Assembly: GCA_024653345.1 (NCBI GenBank)
Contig: JANLFV010000001.1
Span: 9,179 to 73,178, forward strand
Origin: Candidatus Acetothermia bacterium
GTDB taxonomy: Bacteria; Bipolaricaulota; Bipolaricaulia; RBG-16-55-9; JANLFV01
DNA length: 64,000 nucleotides
Direction: 5' to 3'
The position numbers and the translations under genes were made by a program. This document shows positions 9,431 to 18,952 of the stretch, piece after piece; position 1 is the stretch's first letter, and each line of letters begins with the position of its first letter. Under the pieces are notes generated by a model. That model made no database searches. It was not told the DNA's origin and was given only the letters and a program-made list of their open reading frames with translations.

Positions 9431-10657
9431 ATGCCCAGGGCCAAGATCATCGCGCTCGCCTTAGTCCTCCTCGCCGCCGGAGCGGTGGCCCTCCTCTGGC
9501 GCGGCGGCAGGGAGCGGCAAGTCGCTTATTCCCCGGTCGAAGGGGCCGCCCCTCCAGAAGAAATCGCGCTAGGGAGCTTGGGGCCGAAGTATCTCACCCA
9601 AGCGGAGCTCAAGCGGCTCGGACTTCGACTGGACCTGAACCAGGTCAAGTATCTGAAGGGGCTTGATCCGAGGAGATGGGCCTTGGCCTGCGAGCGGGGG
9701 ATCGACTGCCTCCCTGAGCTCGACCCGGAGTTCGAGTCGGTCCTCGAGGCCGATCAGTGGCTCGGAGAGGGGGATCTCGTCCTGAGCGTCCGGCTCGGCC
9801 AGCAGGCCAGAGCCTATCCGCTGAGAATCCTGGCCTGGCATCAGGTGGTGAATGATTCCCTGGGCGAGCGGCCGATCTTGGTGAGCTACTGCCCGATCAG
9901 CGGGGCAGGAGTGGCCTACGAGCGCCCGCTGGCCGACGGGCGGCCGCTCACATTCGGGGCCTCCGGGCGGCTCTACAACGGCAATCTCTTGCTTTATGAC
10001 CGCCGGACCGGCTCGCTCTGGCAGCAGCTCACCAGCGAGCCGGTCGCGGGGCCGCTGGTGGGGCTGGTCGGGCGGCTCAAGCGGCTCTACACCGACATCG
10101 TCCCCTGGGGCGATTGGAAGCGCGGCCACCCCGGCGGGGAGGTCCTCGCCCGGCCGAAGGCGGTCCGGATCGGCGGGAAGAAGGCCCCGATCTCGCCCGA
10201 GCATTATGGGGAATATCCCTATGCCGAATACGAGCTCCGGCCCTTGGTCGGCTACGGCGTGGAGGTGGAAAGGCTCGAGCTGCGCCGGCTCGCCCCCAAG
10301 CGCCGAATCCTCGGGCTGGAGGCTGGCGGGAGAGCGCAGGCTTATTTGCGGACTGACTTGGCGAGATTGGGCCTTTTAAATGACTGGCTCGGCGAGGTCC
10401 CGATCTTGGCGGTCATGACTCCCGGGGGGGAGGCCCGCTTCTTCCGGCGAGAGCTTGCCGGCTCGATACTGGAGTTCAGGCTGGAGGAGGGGAAGCTCAT
10501 CGACGAGGGAACGGGCACGAGCTGGAGCTTCGATGGGCGGGCGCTCGCCGGCCCGTTGGCCTCCCAGGGGGCGACCCTCGAGGAGCTCCCGGCCGTCTCG
10601 GCCTACTGGTTCGCCTGGCTCCTCTTCCACCCCGAGAGCGATTTGTTCTCTCAATAG
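9431..10657 (+). CDS. DUF3179-family membrane-anchored protein
   Basis: N-terminal TM; RAYPLRILAWHQVVND, SYCPISG, FGASGRLYNGNLLLYDRRTGSLWQQ, YWFAW. Confidence 0.85.
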   Translation: MPRAKIIALALVLLAAGAVALLWRGGRERQVAYSPVEGAAPPEEIALGSLGPKYLTQAELKRLGLRLDLNQVKYLKGLDPRRWALACERGIDCLPELDPEFESVLEADQWLGEGDLVLSVRLGQQARAYPLRILAWHQVVNDSLGERPILVSYCPISGAGVAYERPLADGRPLTFGASGRLYNGNLLLYDRRTGSLWQQLTSEPVAGPLVGLVGRLKRLYTDIVPWGDWKRGHPGGEVLARPKAVRIGGKKAPISPEHYGEYPYAEYELRPLVGYGVEVERLELRRLAPKRRILGLEAGGRAQAYLRTDLARLGLLNDWLGEVPILAVMTPGGEARFFRRELAGSILEFRLEEGKLIDEGTGTSWSFDGRALAGPLASQGATLEELPAVSAYWFAWLLFHPESDLFSQ

Positions 10658-10709
10658 GAACGAGCTATAATGGGCTGATCTCCATGCGAGCGATAGCCCT
10701 TAAGGAACG

Positions 10710-11738
10710 GTGATTTCGGTGGGCGGGCTTGCCAGGTATATCGTCACCAGGCTAGCAGTGACCGTCCCCATGATCCTATTCCTCCTTACTTTCGTCTTCT
10801 TCCTTCTCCGGATCATGCCCGGGGACCCGGTTCTAGCAATGCTCGGGGGCCGGAACATCTCCCCCCAGCTGATCGAGGAGTATCGGGCCCGCCTAGGGCT
10901 GAACAAGCCGCTGCTAGCCCAATACCTCGAATACTTGAGCAAGATCCTCCACGGTGACTTCGGGACCTCTACGCGCACGGGGAAGAAGATCCTGGAGGAC
11001 ATCTTGCTCCGGTTCCCGGCGACGCTCGAGCTGGCGATCTTTGGGATGCTCGTCGCCATCCTCATCGGGCTGTGGAGCGGGACCTATGCCGCGATCCATA
11101 GCGATCGCCCGGCCGACCACGCGATCAGGATCTTTAACATCGGCTCCTTCGCCATCCCTGTCTTCTGGATTGGATTGGTATTGCAATTGATCTTCGGCGT
11201 CTGGCTCAAGTGGTTCCCCGTGGCCGGGCGGCTGGATCCCAAGATCGCCGCCTCCTTCCAGCCCATCACGAGGTTCTACATCCTGGACAGCCTGATCATG
11301 AAGGATCCCCAGCTCTTGGCCGACATTCTGAAGCATCTGGCGATGCCCAGCTTCACCCTCGGTCTCGTCCTCTCCGGGTTGATCGGGCGGATCAGCCGCT
11401 CCTCGATGCTTGAGGTGATCGACAAGGAATACGTGACAACGGCTCGCTCGAAGGGCTTGACTGAGCCCAAGGTCAACTACAAACACGCGCTCCGCAACGC
11501 GCTCATTCCTATCGTAACCGTGATGGGACTCCAGTTCGCCATCCTCATGGGCGGCGCGATCCTCACCGAGACGACCTTCTCCTGGCCCGGGCTGGCTCGT
11601 TATCTGGTGCAGAGCGTCGATTCTCGGGACTACATGGCAATCCAAGGCGCGGTCGTTTGGATCGCGATCCTCATCTCCACGGTGAGCCTGATCATCGATA
11701 TCATCTACTCCTTCCTCGACCCGCGGGTGAGATACTGA
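10710..11738 (+). CDS. Peptide/nickel ABC transporter permease (DppB-like)
   Basis: MPGDP, GDFGTS, EAA loop YVTTARSKGL, KHALRNAL. Confidence 0.93.
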   Translation: MISVGGLARYIVTRLAVTVPMILFLLTFVFFLLRIMPGDPVLAMLGGRNISPQLIEEYRARLGLNKPLLAQYLEYLSKILHGDFGTSTRTGKKILEDILLRFPATLELAIFGMLVAILIGLWSGTYAAIHSDRPADHAIRIFNIGSFAIPVFWIGLVLQLIFGVWLKWFPVAGRLDPKIAASFQPITRFYILDSLIMKDPQLLADILKHLAMPSFTLGLVLSGLIGRISRSSMLEVIDKEYVTTARSKGLTEPKVNYKHALRNALIPIVTVMGLQFAILMGGAILTETTFSWPGLARYLVQSVDSRDYMAIQGAVVWIAILISTVSLIIDIIYSFLDPRVRY

Positions 11739-12589
11739 TGGTCAGGTGGCTGACGAAGCGGATTCATCTGAGGAAGCAGCGCCTTCTGGCGATCGGGATC
11801 ACCGTGGTCCTGATCTTCGTCCTAGTGACACTACTAGCCCCCTGGATCGCGCCCTACGATCCGGTCAACTACATGGGCGGTGGGAGGCTCGAGCCCCCCT
11901 CGGCCAGCCATCTCATGGGCGTGGACAACCTGGGAAGGGATGTCCTCTCCCGGATCATCTACGGCGGGCGGATCGCGCTGATCGTCGCCGTCTCCTCGGT
12001 CCTGATCTCGCTCTCCCTCGGGTCGCTCATCGGCTGGATCTCCGGCTACTACGGGGGCCTGCTCGACCGGACGCTCTCACTGCTCATGGACTCACTCTAT
12101 TCCTTCCCCTCGATGATCCTGGCGATCATCATGGTGGCCATGCTCGGCCCGAACCTGCTAAACATGATTATCTCCATCGCCGTCGTCTACATCCCCAGCT
12201 TCTTCCGGGTCGTCCGCGGCCAGGTGCTCCAGCTCAAGTCGCAGGAGTTCGTCGAGGCCGCTCATGCCCTGGGAGCAGCTGATCTGCGGATCGTGCTCCT
12301 CCACATCGCGCCCAACACGATCAACTCGATGATGGCCGTCTCTTCCTTCTGCATCGCGGACGCCATTCTCACTGAGGCCGCCTTGTCCTTCCTGGGCTTC
12401 GGGCTACCCCCGCCCACGCCGGACTGGGGCTTCGACATCAATACCGGGCAGAAGTTCCTCCTCTCCGGGAAGTGGTGGCTCATCACCTTCCCCGGGCTGA
12501 TGATTGTCCTCCTCTCGCTCGGCTTCGGCCTGATCGGGGAGGGGATCAGCGATCTGCTCAATCCGAAGCGGAAGAGGAAGCTGGCTTGA
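11738..12589 (+). CDS. Peptide/nickel ABC transporter permease (DppC-like)
   Basis: HLMGVDNLGRDVLSR, EFVEAAHALGA, LSFLGFG, PDWG; start overlaps upstream TGA. Confidence 0.93.
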   Translation: MVRWLTKRIHLRKQRLLAIGITVVLIFVLVTLLAPWIAPYDPVNYMGGGRLEPPSASHLMGVDNLGRDVLSRIIYGGRIALIVAVSSVLISLSLGSLIGWISGYYGGLLDRTLSLLMDSLYSFPSMILAIIMVAMLGPNLLNMIISIAVVYIPSFFRVVRGQVLQLKSQEFVEAAHALGAADLRIVLLHIAPNTINSMMAVSSFCIADAILTEAALSFLGFGLPPPTPDWGFDINTGQKFLLSGKWWLITFPGLMIVLLSLGFGLIGEGISDLLNPKRKRKLA

Positions 12590-12614
12590 CAATGGGCCAG
12601 AGTTGTGCTAAAAT
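12586..12614 (+). promoter_or_regulatory. Near-consensus sigma70 promoter for the solute-binding protein
   Basis: TTGACA-17-TAAAAT with TG extension. Confidence 0.8.
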
Positions 12615-12692
12615 TGGCTCGTCGAAGGAGGTGACGAGAAGGGGAGCAGAAAAAGTCGCAAATCTCAAATCTTAGGAGGTGTAAAGCAAGAG

Positions 12693-14393
12693 ATGTCTCT
12701 AAGAGTTAGGCTTATCGGAATCGCGGTGTTGGTCCTGGCCCTGGGGCTGACGCTCTCCCTCGGGGCACTGACTCAAGAGAACGTTCTGACCATCGGCACG
12801 ACGGACAAGATCACCCAGCTCGTCTTCGCCAATAGCTACGACTACTGGACCTGGCACACCTTCCAGCAGGTGACTGGGACCTTGGTTACCCTGCAACCGG
12901 GCTCAACTGAGCCCTCCCCATCGCTGGCCGAGAGCTGGAGTGTCTCTCAAGATGGAACGGTCTGGACCTTCAACTTGCGGAAGGGCGTTACTTTCTCCGA
13001 TGGAGAAGAGTTTAACTGCCAGGCAATGGCCTGGTCCATTGGGCGGAACATCTACCTGAACGGCCCGGAGGGGGCTGTCGGGCTGATCAACATGATCAGG
13101 GAACTCTCCTGCCCGCCGGCCAAGCTGGAGGCCGAGCCGGGCGTCAAGCCCACCCCGGATGAGCTGGCGGCCTTCCTCGACGCCAGGGTGGACGATCCCT
13201 ACAAGCTGATCATTAAGATCACCAAGCCCGATGCCACCTTCTTGGCGAGGCTGGCCGATCCGATCACCCCGGTGATGGCCACCAGCCCGGTTAGCACAAC
13301 CCCGGCGGACCAGTTCGAGACAACTTTCGCGGGAACTGGACCCTTCAGGCTCGTCGAGTTGGTCGCGGAGGAGCGAACGGTGTATGAGATCTGTCCCAAC
13401 ACTTGGAAGACCTGGGCCTGCCCACTCTTGCCGGAGCCTCACCGAACACTATGCGTGAATTCCACTATACCAATGCCCAAGGTTGTCGAGGTCTTCTACG
13501 CTGACTCCGCCTCGCTCCGCGCGGCGGTGGAGGCTGGTGAGGTCGATGTCGGCTACCGCAGCTTCTACGCCGAGGACATCCTCGACCTCCAGCGGAACCC
13601 GAACCTCCAGGTCCTCGCCGGGCCGAGCCTCTCCGTCCGCTACATCGTCTTCACCGTGAACATGCCGCCCTTCGACAATGTCCATGTCCGGCGGGCGATC
13701 TCCTATGCTGTCGATCGGGATGAGCTGAACTTCAAGGTCTTCGCCGGGCTGAACGCACCGCTCTACAGCATGGTCCCGCCGGGGCTGTGGAGCCACATCG
13801 ATGCCTTCCCTACCCGCGACCTCACTAAGGCAGTTGCCGAGCTGAACACCGCCGGCTACTCCGCAACTAACCCCTTGGAGATCACCCTCTGGTATACTCC
13901 CACCCACTATGGGAACACCGAGGCCGATGTGGCCGCGATCCTCAAGGCCAACCTCGAGGCGACTGAGATCATCAAGGTCAAGGTGCAAGTCCTGGAGTGG
14001 GGAACCTATGTCGAGCGGATGAGCGAAGGGTCGCTGGGCTTCTTCCTCCTCGGCTGGTATCCGGACTTTATCGACCCGGACAACTACCTCGCGCCTTGGC
14101 TCACCGAGTCGCCCGAGGGCCTGGGGACCTACCTGAACCAGGCGACGTCGGGCTACGATCAATCCTGCTACGATCAGTTCGTCGACCTGCTCGAGGGCGC
14201 GAAGGAGACGACTGACATCGGTGCTCGGACGGCGAAGTATGAGGCAGCTCAGCGGCTGCTTGCGGACTGCGCCGTGATGATCCCGCTGTGGCAGAACAAC
14301 ACCCAAGCCTATGCCGTTGCCCAGAAGAACGTTAAGGGGATCATCCTCGACGCCTCGATGAACTTCCGCGACTGGCTGATCTACAAGGAGTAG
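12693..14393 (+). CDS. Family 5 extracellular solute-binding protein (peptide/nickel)
   Basis: Signal peptide; PSLAESWSVS, WTFNLRKGVTFSDG, GTGPF, VRRAISYAVDR, GWYPDFIDP. Confidence 0.92.
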   Translation: MSLRVRLIGIAVLVLALGLTLSLGALTQENVLTIGTTDKITQLVFANSYDYWTWHTFQQVTGTLVTLQPGSTEPSPSLAESWSVSQDGTVWTFNLRKGVTFSDGEEFNCQAMAWSIGRNIYLNGPEGAVGLINMIRELSCPPAKLEAEPGVKPTPDELAAFLDARVDDPYKLIIKITKPDATFLARLADPITPVMATSPVSTTPADQFETTFAGTGPFRLVELVAEERTVYEICPNTWKTWACPLLPEPHRTLCVNSTIPMPKVVEVFYADSASLRAAVEAGEVDVGYRSFYAEDILDLQRNPNLQVLAGPSLSVRYIVFTVNMPPFDNVHVRRAISYAVDRDELNFKVFAGLNAPLYSMVPPGLWSHIDAFPTRDLTKAVAELNTAGYSATNPLEITLWYTPTHYGNTEADVAAILKANLEATEIIKVKVQVLEWGTYVERMSEGSLGFFLLGWYPDFIDPDNYLAPWLTESPEGLGTYLNQATSGYDQSCYDQFVDLLEGAKETTDIGARTAKYEAAQRLLADCAVMIPLWQNNTQAYAVAQKNVKGIILDASMNFRDWLIYKE

Positions 14394-14420
14394 GGACAAC
14401 TAAGAGACCGGAAACAAGCG

Positions 14421-14453
14421 GGGGCCGGGCCGAAAGGCCCGGCCCCTTGTCTT
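14421..14453 (+). terminator. Intrinsic terminator
   Basis: GGGGCCGGGCC-GAAA-GGCCCGGCCCC then TTGTCTT. Confidence 0.85.
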
Positions 14454-14476
14454 CATATTCTAAACAGAGCGCGACC

Positions 14477-14560
14477 ACTCAGTCCATCGGGCAGCTCATC
14501 TTCAGGACCCGCTCCGCGGGGGCGACCAGCGGCGGGGTGATCTCGTCGCAGATCTCACGG
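14477..14560 (-). pseudogene. Orphan copy of the 3' end of a vWA-protein gene
   Basis: 14477-14529 matches 15423-15475 at 52/53 nt; reads REICDEITPPLVAPAERVLKMSCPMD* versus RRIYEEISKQLVVPAERVLKMSCPMD*. Confidence 0.8.
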
Positions 14561-14626
14561 GGCCTCTAGCCATCGGGGCCGGATGTCTGCGAGCATCCGC
14601 CAGCCGAGAATGGTCTCGGCAATGCA

Positions 14627-14908
14627 TTAGGACCCTCTCCCTCCTGTTTTCAACTCCTCCTCTAGCCGCTCCACAATCCAAGAGCGCACCAAAGAGGAGG
14701 TCGCCAACCCCTTGCGGGCCGCTAACTTCTTTAAGAGCTCCGCCAGACGGCGCTCTATCCGGATGGAGAGGACCTTTTGCTTGGATCGTGGGCGCACGAA
14801 GATCTCCTCGGTGACCGGCTCCAGGTCCTCGAGATAATCGGTCAGATCGTGAGTGTCCCAGAATTCGCGGACCTCCCGTCTCGTCTTGAGCTCCGGTATC
14901 TTAGCCAT
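14627..14908 (-). CDS. BrnA/CopG-like RHH antitoxin
   Basis: EVREFWDTHDLTDY N-terminus plus ribbon-helix-helix C-terminus (VLSIRIE...LVRSWIVE); downstream of toxin. Confidence 0.85.
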   Translation of the reverse strand: MAKIPELKTRREVREFWDTHDLTDYLEDLEPVTEEIFVRPRSKQKVLSIRIERRLAELLKKLAARKGLATSSLVRSWIVERLEEELKTGGRGS

Positions 14909-14915
14909 CTCAGGC

Positions 14916-15191
14916 TCACCTCCCCTGCTCTAAGTATCGCCGACGCTCCTTCTTGGTCATGTCGCGGGCTGTCACCAGGTCGCAAGCGCCTTTGTGGAGA
15001 TTCTCCACAACGACCAGCAGATATCTGCCCGCATCTGTTCGTCCCAAGATAAGGTAGCGTCCATCGCGGGCCCGGAATACGGCCTTAGTGCGACTGAAGA
15101 CGACCTGTTCCGCTTCCTGAGGGCTTACCCGATGTTTGCTCCGGAGATGCTCAGCCGTCTCTTCGTCCCAATGCGAGGAATTAATGCGCAT
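14916..15191 (-). CDS. BrnT-family (RelE-fold) ribonuclease toxin
   Basis: WDE..HL..KHRVSPQEAEQV, GRTDAGRYLLVV, VTARDMTKKERRRY; promoter TTGACA-17-TACAAT at 15207-15235. Confidence 0.88.
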   Translation of the reverse strand: MRINSSHWDEETAEHLRSKHRVSPQEAEQVVFSRTKAVFRARDGRYLILGRTDAGRYLLVVVENLHKGACDLVTARDMTKKERRRYLEQGR

Positions 15192-15424
15192 CTCCGGCCC
15201 GCCAAGATTGTAAGACGAGAGTGGTCGAATGTCAACTCTCAGGGTCTAAGGTCTGCCCGGCTTCTTCGCTTTTCTCGCTGTGGCCTGCTTCAGACTTACC
15301 GATGATACGCTGGGAGACGCCCTCGACCCACGAGGGACTCGTTGAGACTCAAAAAGCGTCGCCCAAGGGGGCTCGGCGCTCTTCCCTCATTGCTCGCCCG
15401 GCTGCTAACTGGCAAAGTCGCGAC

Positions 15425-17488
15425 TCAGTCCATCGGGCAGCTCATCTTCAGGACCCGCTCCGCGGGGACGACCAGTTGCTTCGAGATCTCCTCGTAGATC
15501 CGCCTGAGGTCCTCCGCAGTGGGGGCGATGAAGAACTTGCCCCCGGTGGCCGTGGCCATGTCCTCCAGCTTCCGCTGGACCGGAGCGCTCCCCAGGCCGA
15601 TCGCGTAGATGACAATCCCCCGCTGGCGGGCGAGCGAGGCCGGCGACCCGGCCTGCCCCGAGAAGGTGTAGGTCCCATCTCCGTCGGTGAGAAAGATGAT
15701 CACCCTCTTCACATCGGGCCGGCCGCGGACGAACTCGTCGATCGCCGCCGAGAGGCCGACATTCAGGCTGGTCGCGCCGCTGGAGTCGACCTGCTCGACC
15801 CGATCCTTCACCCGGTTCAGGTCGCTCGTGAGCGGCTGGATGAAGTCGATGTCGTTGTCCCAACTGACGACCCCCACCTGATCCTGCTGCGGGTCGAGCT
15901 GGTCGATGAACTGTATGGCCGTGAGGATCCGCATCTTCCGCGGGTCGTTAGTGATCATGCTCCCCGAGCTGTCGATCGCCAGCATCACATCGAGCGGCAT
16001 GCGCTTGACCTCCGCCGGCCGCTCCTCGTAGGTGAAGGTCATCCCACTCAGGCACTTCCAGATCTTGTCCACCTTTGCGTCTAGCTCGCGGACCTCGGCC
16101 TTGATCTCCGCCAGGCCGTAGTCGGGGTTGTCCAACTTGGCCTCGACCCTGTCCAGTCGCGCGGCCAGCACCTTCAGGCCGTAGGTCTCATCGCTGATCA
16201 GTTGCTCGACCCCCTGCCGCCGGAGCAATTCCATCATGCCGGGGAGGAAGGTCGTCTCGAGCTGGGAGGCGATCGCCGCCACCTCGGCCTTGATCTCGGC
16301 CAGGCCGTAGTCCGGGTTGTCCAGTCGCGCGGTGATGCTCAACAGCCCGGGCCAGAGTTGAGTGTCGAGCCGCGCGGTGATCTCGCGCAGCCAGCCCTCT
16401 AAGAGGCTGATGTTAGCGCTCAGCCCATTCAAGGAGAGGTTCAAGTTGAACCCGAGCTGATCGATCTTGGCCGCCAGGGCTGCCAGGCCGTGATCGGGGT
16501 TGTCGAGCTTCTCCTCGAGAGCCGCGAGGCCGAGAGCGAGATCGCCGACCCCGCGCTGGAGCGTGAACCAGCGAATCTCCCAGACGCCCTCCCGGAGCAA
16601 GGAGGCGAGGAAGGCCGCATTCCCGCCCAGGTTCTCATTCAACTCCCCCAGGGCGCGGAAGAGCCTCCCCAGCTCCTGCTGACCGGCTGAGGTCACATCC
16701 GTGCCGTTCCAGACGGTCACGGTCAGCTCACCGAGTAGCTCGCCGATCGCCTTTAGGGCACTCCCCTTGTATTGGAGAGTTCGGTGCAGCCCCTCGAGCG
16801 AGGCGGCGCTCACCGTGCCATCCTGCCAGGAAGTGCCGTAACTCTGCAGGAACTGCTTCAGGCCTACGGACGCGAACAAGCCGTCCAGGAGCCGCAGCTC
16901 GCCTTGGCTCAGGCTGGAGAGGGTCCGCTCGAGCTGGAGTGCTAACAGCCGGTCCTTCTGCAAGAGGGCGATCGTCTCGGCGGCGAAGGGCTGAAACGCC
17001 GTGGGCAGCTCTTCTAGACTGGCCCAGATCACCTGCCCGGCGAGGAAGAGGAACTCCTCGATCGCCTTGAAGGCCGCGTAACTCTCCTGCCCCACCCCGA
17101 CCACGCCCTGGCTAATGGTGAGCTCGAGCTCGTTCCCTCGCTCTTTCCCCCTCTGGACAAGGACCTTGACCGCACCGGGATGGAGCTGAGGGACCACTAC
17201 GATCAACCGCCCCTCATTGGAGAATGGCTGAGCCAGCGGCTTGATCGGCAGATCGCCAAAGAGGACAACCACCTCAGGTCCGAACCCCTCCCCGGCGATG
17301 AGCACCAGCTCGCCCGGCGCGACCACGCTTACCGCCTCTCCCGGCCGGACTCCTTGAGCCACATCGGCCGCGAGCGGATCGAACTCCAGCCGATAGACCC
17401 CCGCGACCCGCGGCCCGCCCTGGGCCGAGGAGACAAGCGCAACTCCCAAAACCAAGAGCACCGAAATCCACACTGCTCTTCTGTTCAT
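15425..17488 (-). CDS. Secreted protein: IPT/TIG-like domain, coiled-coil stalk with LDNPDYGL repeats, C-terminal vWA domain
   Basis: Signal peptide from ATG 17488 (SD GGGAGG); MIDAS motifs IDSSGSM, GATS, IFLTDG; three LDNPD(H/Y)GLA repeats. Confidence 0.88.
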   Translation of the reverse strand: MNRRAVWISVLLVLGVALVSSAQGGPRVAGVYRLEFDPLAADVAQGVRPGEAVSVVAPGELVLIAGEGFGPEVVVLFGDLPIKPLAQPFSNEGRLIVVVPQLHPGAVKVLVQRGKERGNELELTISQGVVGVGQESYAAFKAIEEFLFLAGQVIWASLEELPTAFQPFAAETIALLQKDRLLALQLERTLSSLSQGELRLLDGLFASVGLKQFLQSYGTSWQDGTVSAASLEGLHRTLQYKGSALKAIGELLGELTVTVWNGTDVTSAGQQELGRLFRALGELNENLGGNAAFLASLLREGVWEIRWFTLQRGVGDLALGLAALEEKLDNPDHGLAALAAKIDQLGFNLNLSLNGLSANISLLEGWLREITARLDTQLWPGLLSITARLDNPDYGLAEIKAEVAAIASQLETTFLPGMMELLRRQGVEQLISDETYGLKVLAARLDRVEAKLDNPDYGLAEIKAEVRELDAKVDKIWKCLSGMTFTYEERPAEVKRMPLDVMLAIDSSGSMITNDPRKMRILTAIQFIDQLDPQQDQVGVVSWDNDIDFIQPLTSDLNRVKDRVEQVDSSGATSLNVGLSAAIDEFVRGRPDVKRVIIFLTDGDGTYTFSGQAGSPASLARQRGIVIYAIGLGSAPVQRKLEDMATATGGKFFIAPTAEDLRRIYEEISKQLVVPAERVLKMSCPMD

Positions 17489-17803
17489 CAGATTCCTCCC
17501 TTTTCTGCCTTCGCTCATTCCATGTCCGTTGGCACCCTTCTATTTCTATCCGCAACGCCGCCCCCAATCTGTAACCGCCATCACCCTCAACGGCGAGCAC
17601 CGGCCCGCTGAGGCCTGCGGACGGGCCATCTGCCCTGGACCTAAATCATCCCTTCGCATGATGAATATCATGGTGGCTCTCCCGATGGTTGCCTTAGATT
17701 CCCAAATGAGTGATCGCCCATTGGCACTCAGCCAACCGCCGATGACTAGAAGTCGCGAGCCAGAGAGAGCGGGATCAGACACGCCCACGAGGAGGAGAGC
17801 GAG

Positions 17804-18952
17804 ATGATCGAGGTTGAAGAGATAGATCGAATCGTAGCCGAACGATTCCTCTCGCTCGATTACTGCTACCAATGCGGAAGATGCACTGGCGTCTGTCCGA
17901 TAAGCGCCGTGAGCGAATTCCGCCCGCGGAAGTTCCTGCTCGGCGCGCAGATGGACCGAGCCGAGCTCCTGGAGTCAGCGCTACTCTGGCAGTGCAGCAC
18001 CTGCGACGCCTGCGTCAAGGTCTGCCCGCAGAAGGTGAAGCCGCCGGAGGTGATCACCTCGCTCCGCAGCAGATTGGTCGAGACCGGCCATCTCCCCCAG
18101 GGGGTGGCCGACGCCCTGGAGAACATCTATCGCCGGAACAACCCCTGGGGCCTGCCGAAGGGCGAGCGGGCCGAGTGGGCTAGCGGGCTATCACTCAGAA
18201 GATTCGAGCAGGGGCTGGAGTGGCTATGGTTCGTCGGCTGCGCCGCCTCCTACGATCCGCGGAGCCAGGCGGTGGCCAAGGCGTTGGTGAAGATACTGGA
18301 CCATGCCGGGGTAGAGGCCGGCTTTCTCGGGGAGGAAGAGCGCTGTTGCGGGGACTCCGCCCGGCGCCTGGGCGAGGAGGGGCTCTTTCAGCTCTTGGCC
18401 GAGGAGAACTCCGCGCAGCTCAACGAGACCGGCGCGGAGAAGATCCTCACCACCTCGCCCCACTGCTATAGCGTCTTCTCGAACGAATACCCCAAGCTCA
18501 ACGGGAGGGTCTGGCACTACACCCAACTTCTGGCCGAGCTGGTTCGGGCGGGGAGGCTCGCCTTCGCCCCAGGGGAGGAGCTAGTCGTCACCTACCACGA
18601 CCCCTGCTATCTGGGAAGGCACAACAACATCTATGAGGAGCCGCGGGCGGTCCTGCGCGCCATCCCGGGGGTCAGGCTGGTGGAGATGGCCCGGAATCGT
18701 GAACAGAGCTTCTGTTGCGGCGGTGGCGGCGGACGGATGTGGGTGGAGACGGAGGAGCGAGAGCATCCCGGGGCAGTCCGCGTGAGAGAGGCCCTGGCCA
18801 GCGGCGCCATGGTCCTGGTCACCGCCTGCCCGTTCTGCCTGATCAACTTCGAGGAGGCCGTCAAGTCCCTCAGTGCGGAGGGAGCGCTCCAGGTTCTGGA
18901 CCTGGCGGAGCTGGTGAGCATGAGGCTGGCGGAGGAGAAGAAGGATGGCTGA
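17804..18952 (+). CDS. HdrD/GlpC-type Fe-S oxidoreductase (2x[4Fe-4S] plus two CCG domains)
   Basis: CYQCGRCTGVCP, CSTCDACVKVCP, RCCGD, YHDPC, FCCGGGG, TACPFC. Confidence 0.9.
   Translation: MIEVEEIDRIVAERFLSLDYCYQCGRCTGVCPISAVSEFRPRKFLLGAQMDRAELLESALLWQCSTCDACVKVCPQKVKPPEVITSLRSRLVETGHLPQGVADALENIYRRNNPWGLPKGERAEWASGLSLRRFEQGLEWLWFVGCAASYDPRSQAVAKALVKILDHAGVEAGFLGEEERCCGDSARRLGEEGLFQLLAEENSAQLNETGAEKILTTSPHCYSVFSNEYPKLNGRVWHYTQLLAELVRAGRLAFAPGEELVVTYHDPCYLGRHNNIYEEPRAVLRAIPGVRLVEMARNREQSFCCGGGGGRMWVETEEREHPGAVRVREALASGAMVLVTACPFCLINFEEAVKSLSAEGALQVLDLAELVSMRLAEEKKDG

Noticed and set aside
14477-15475. Repeat pair as a diversity-generating retroelement TR/VR
   Set aside because: Mismatches involve all four bases and there is no reverse transcriptase in the window
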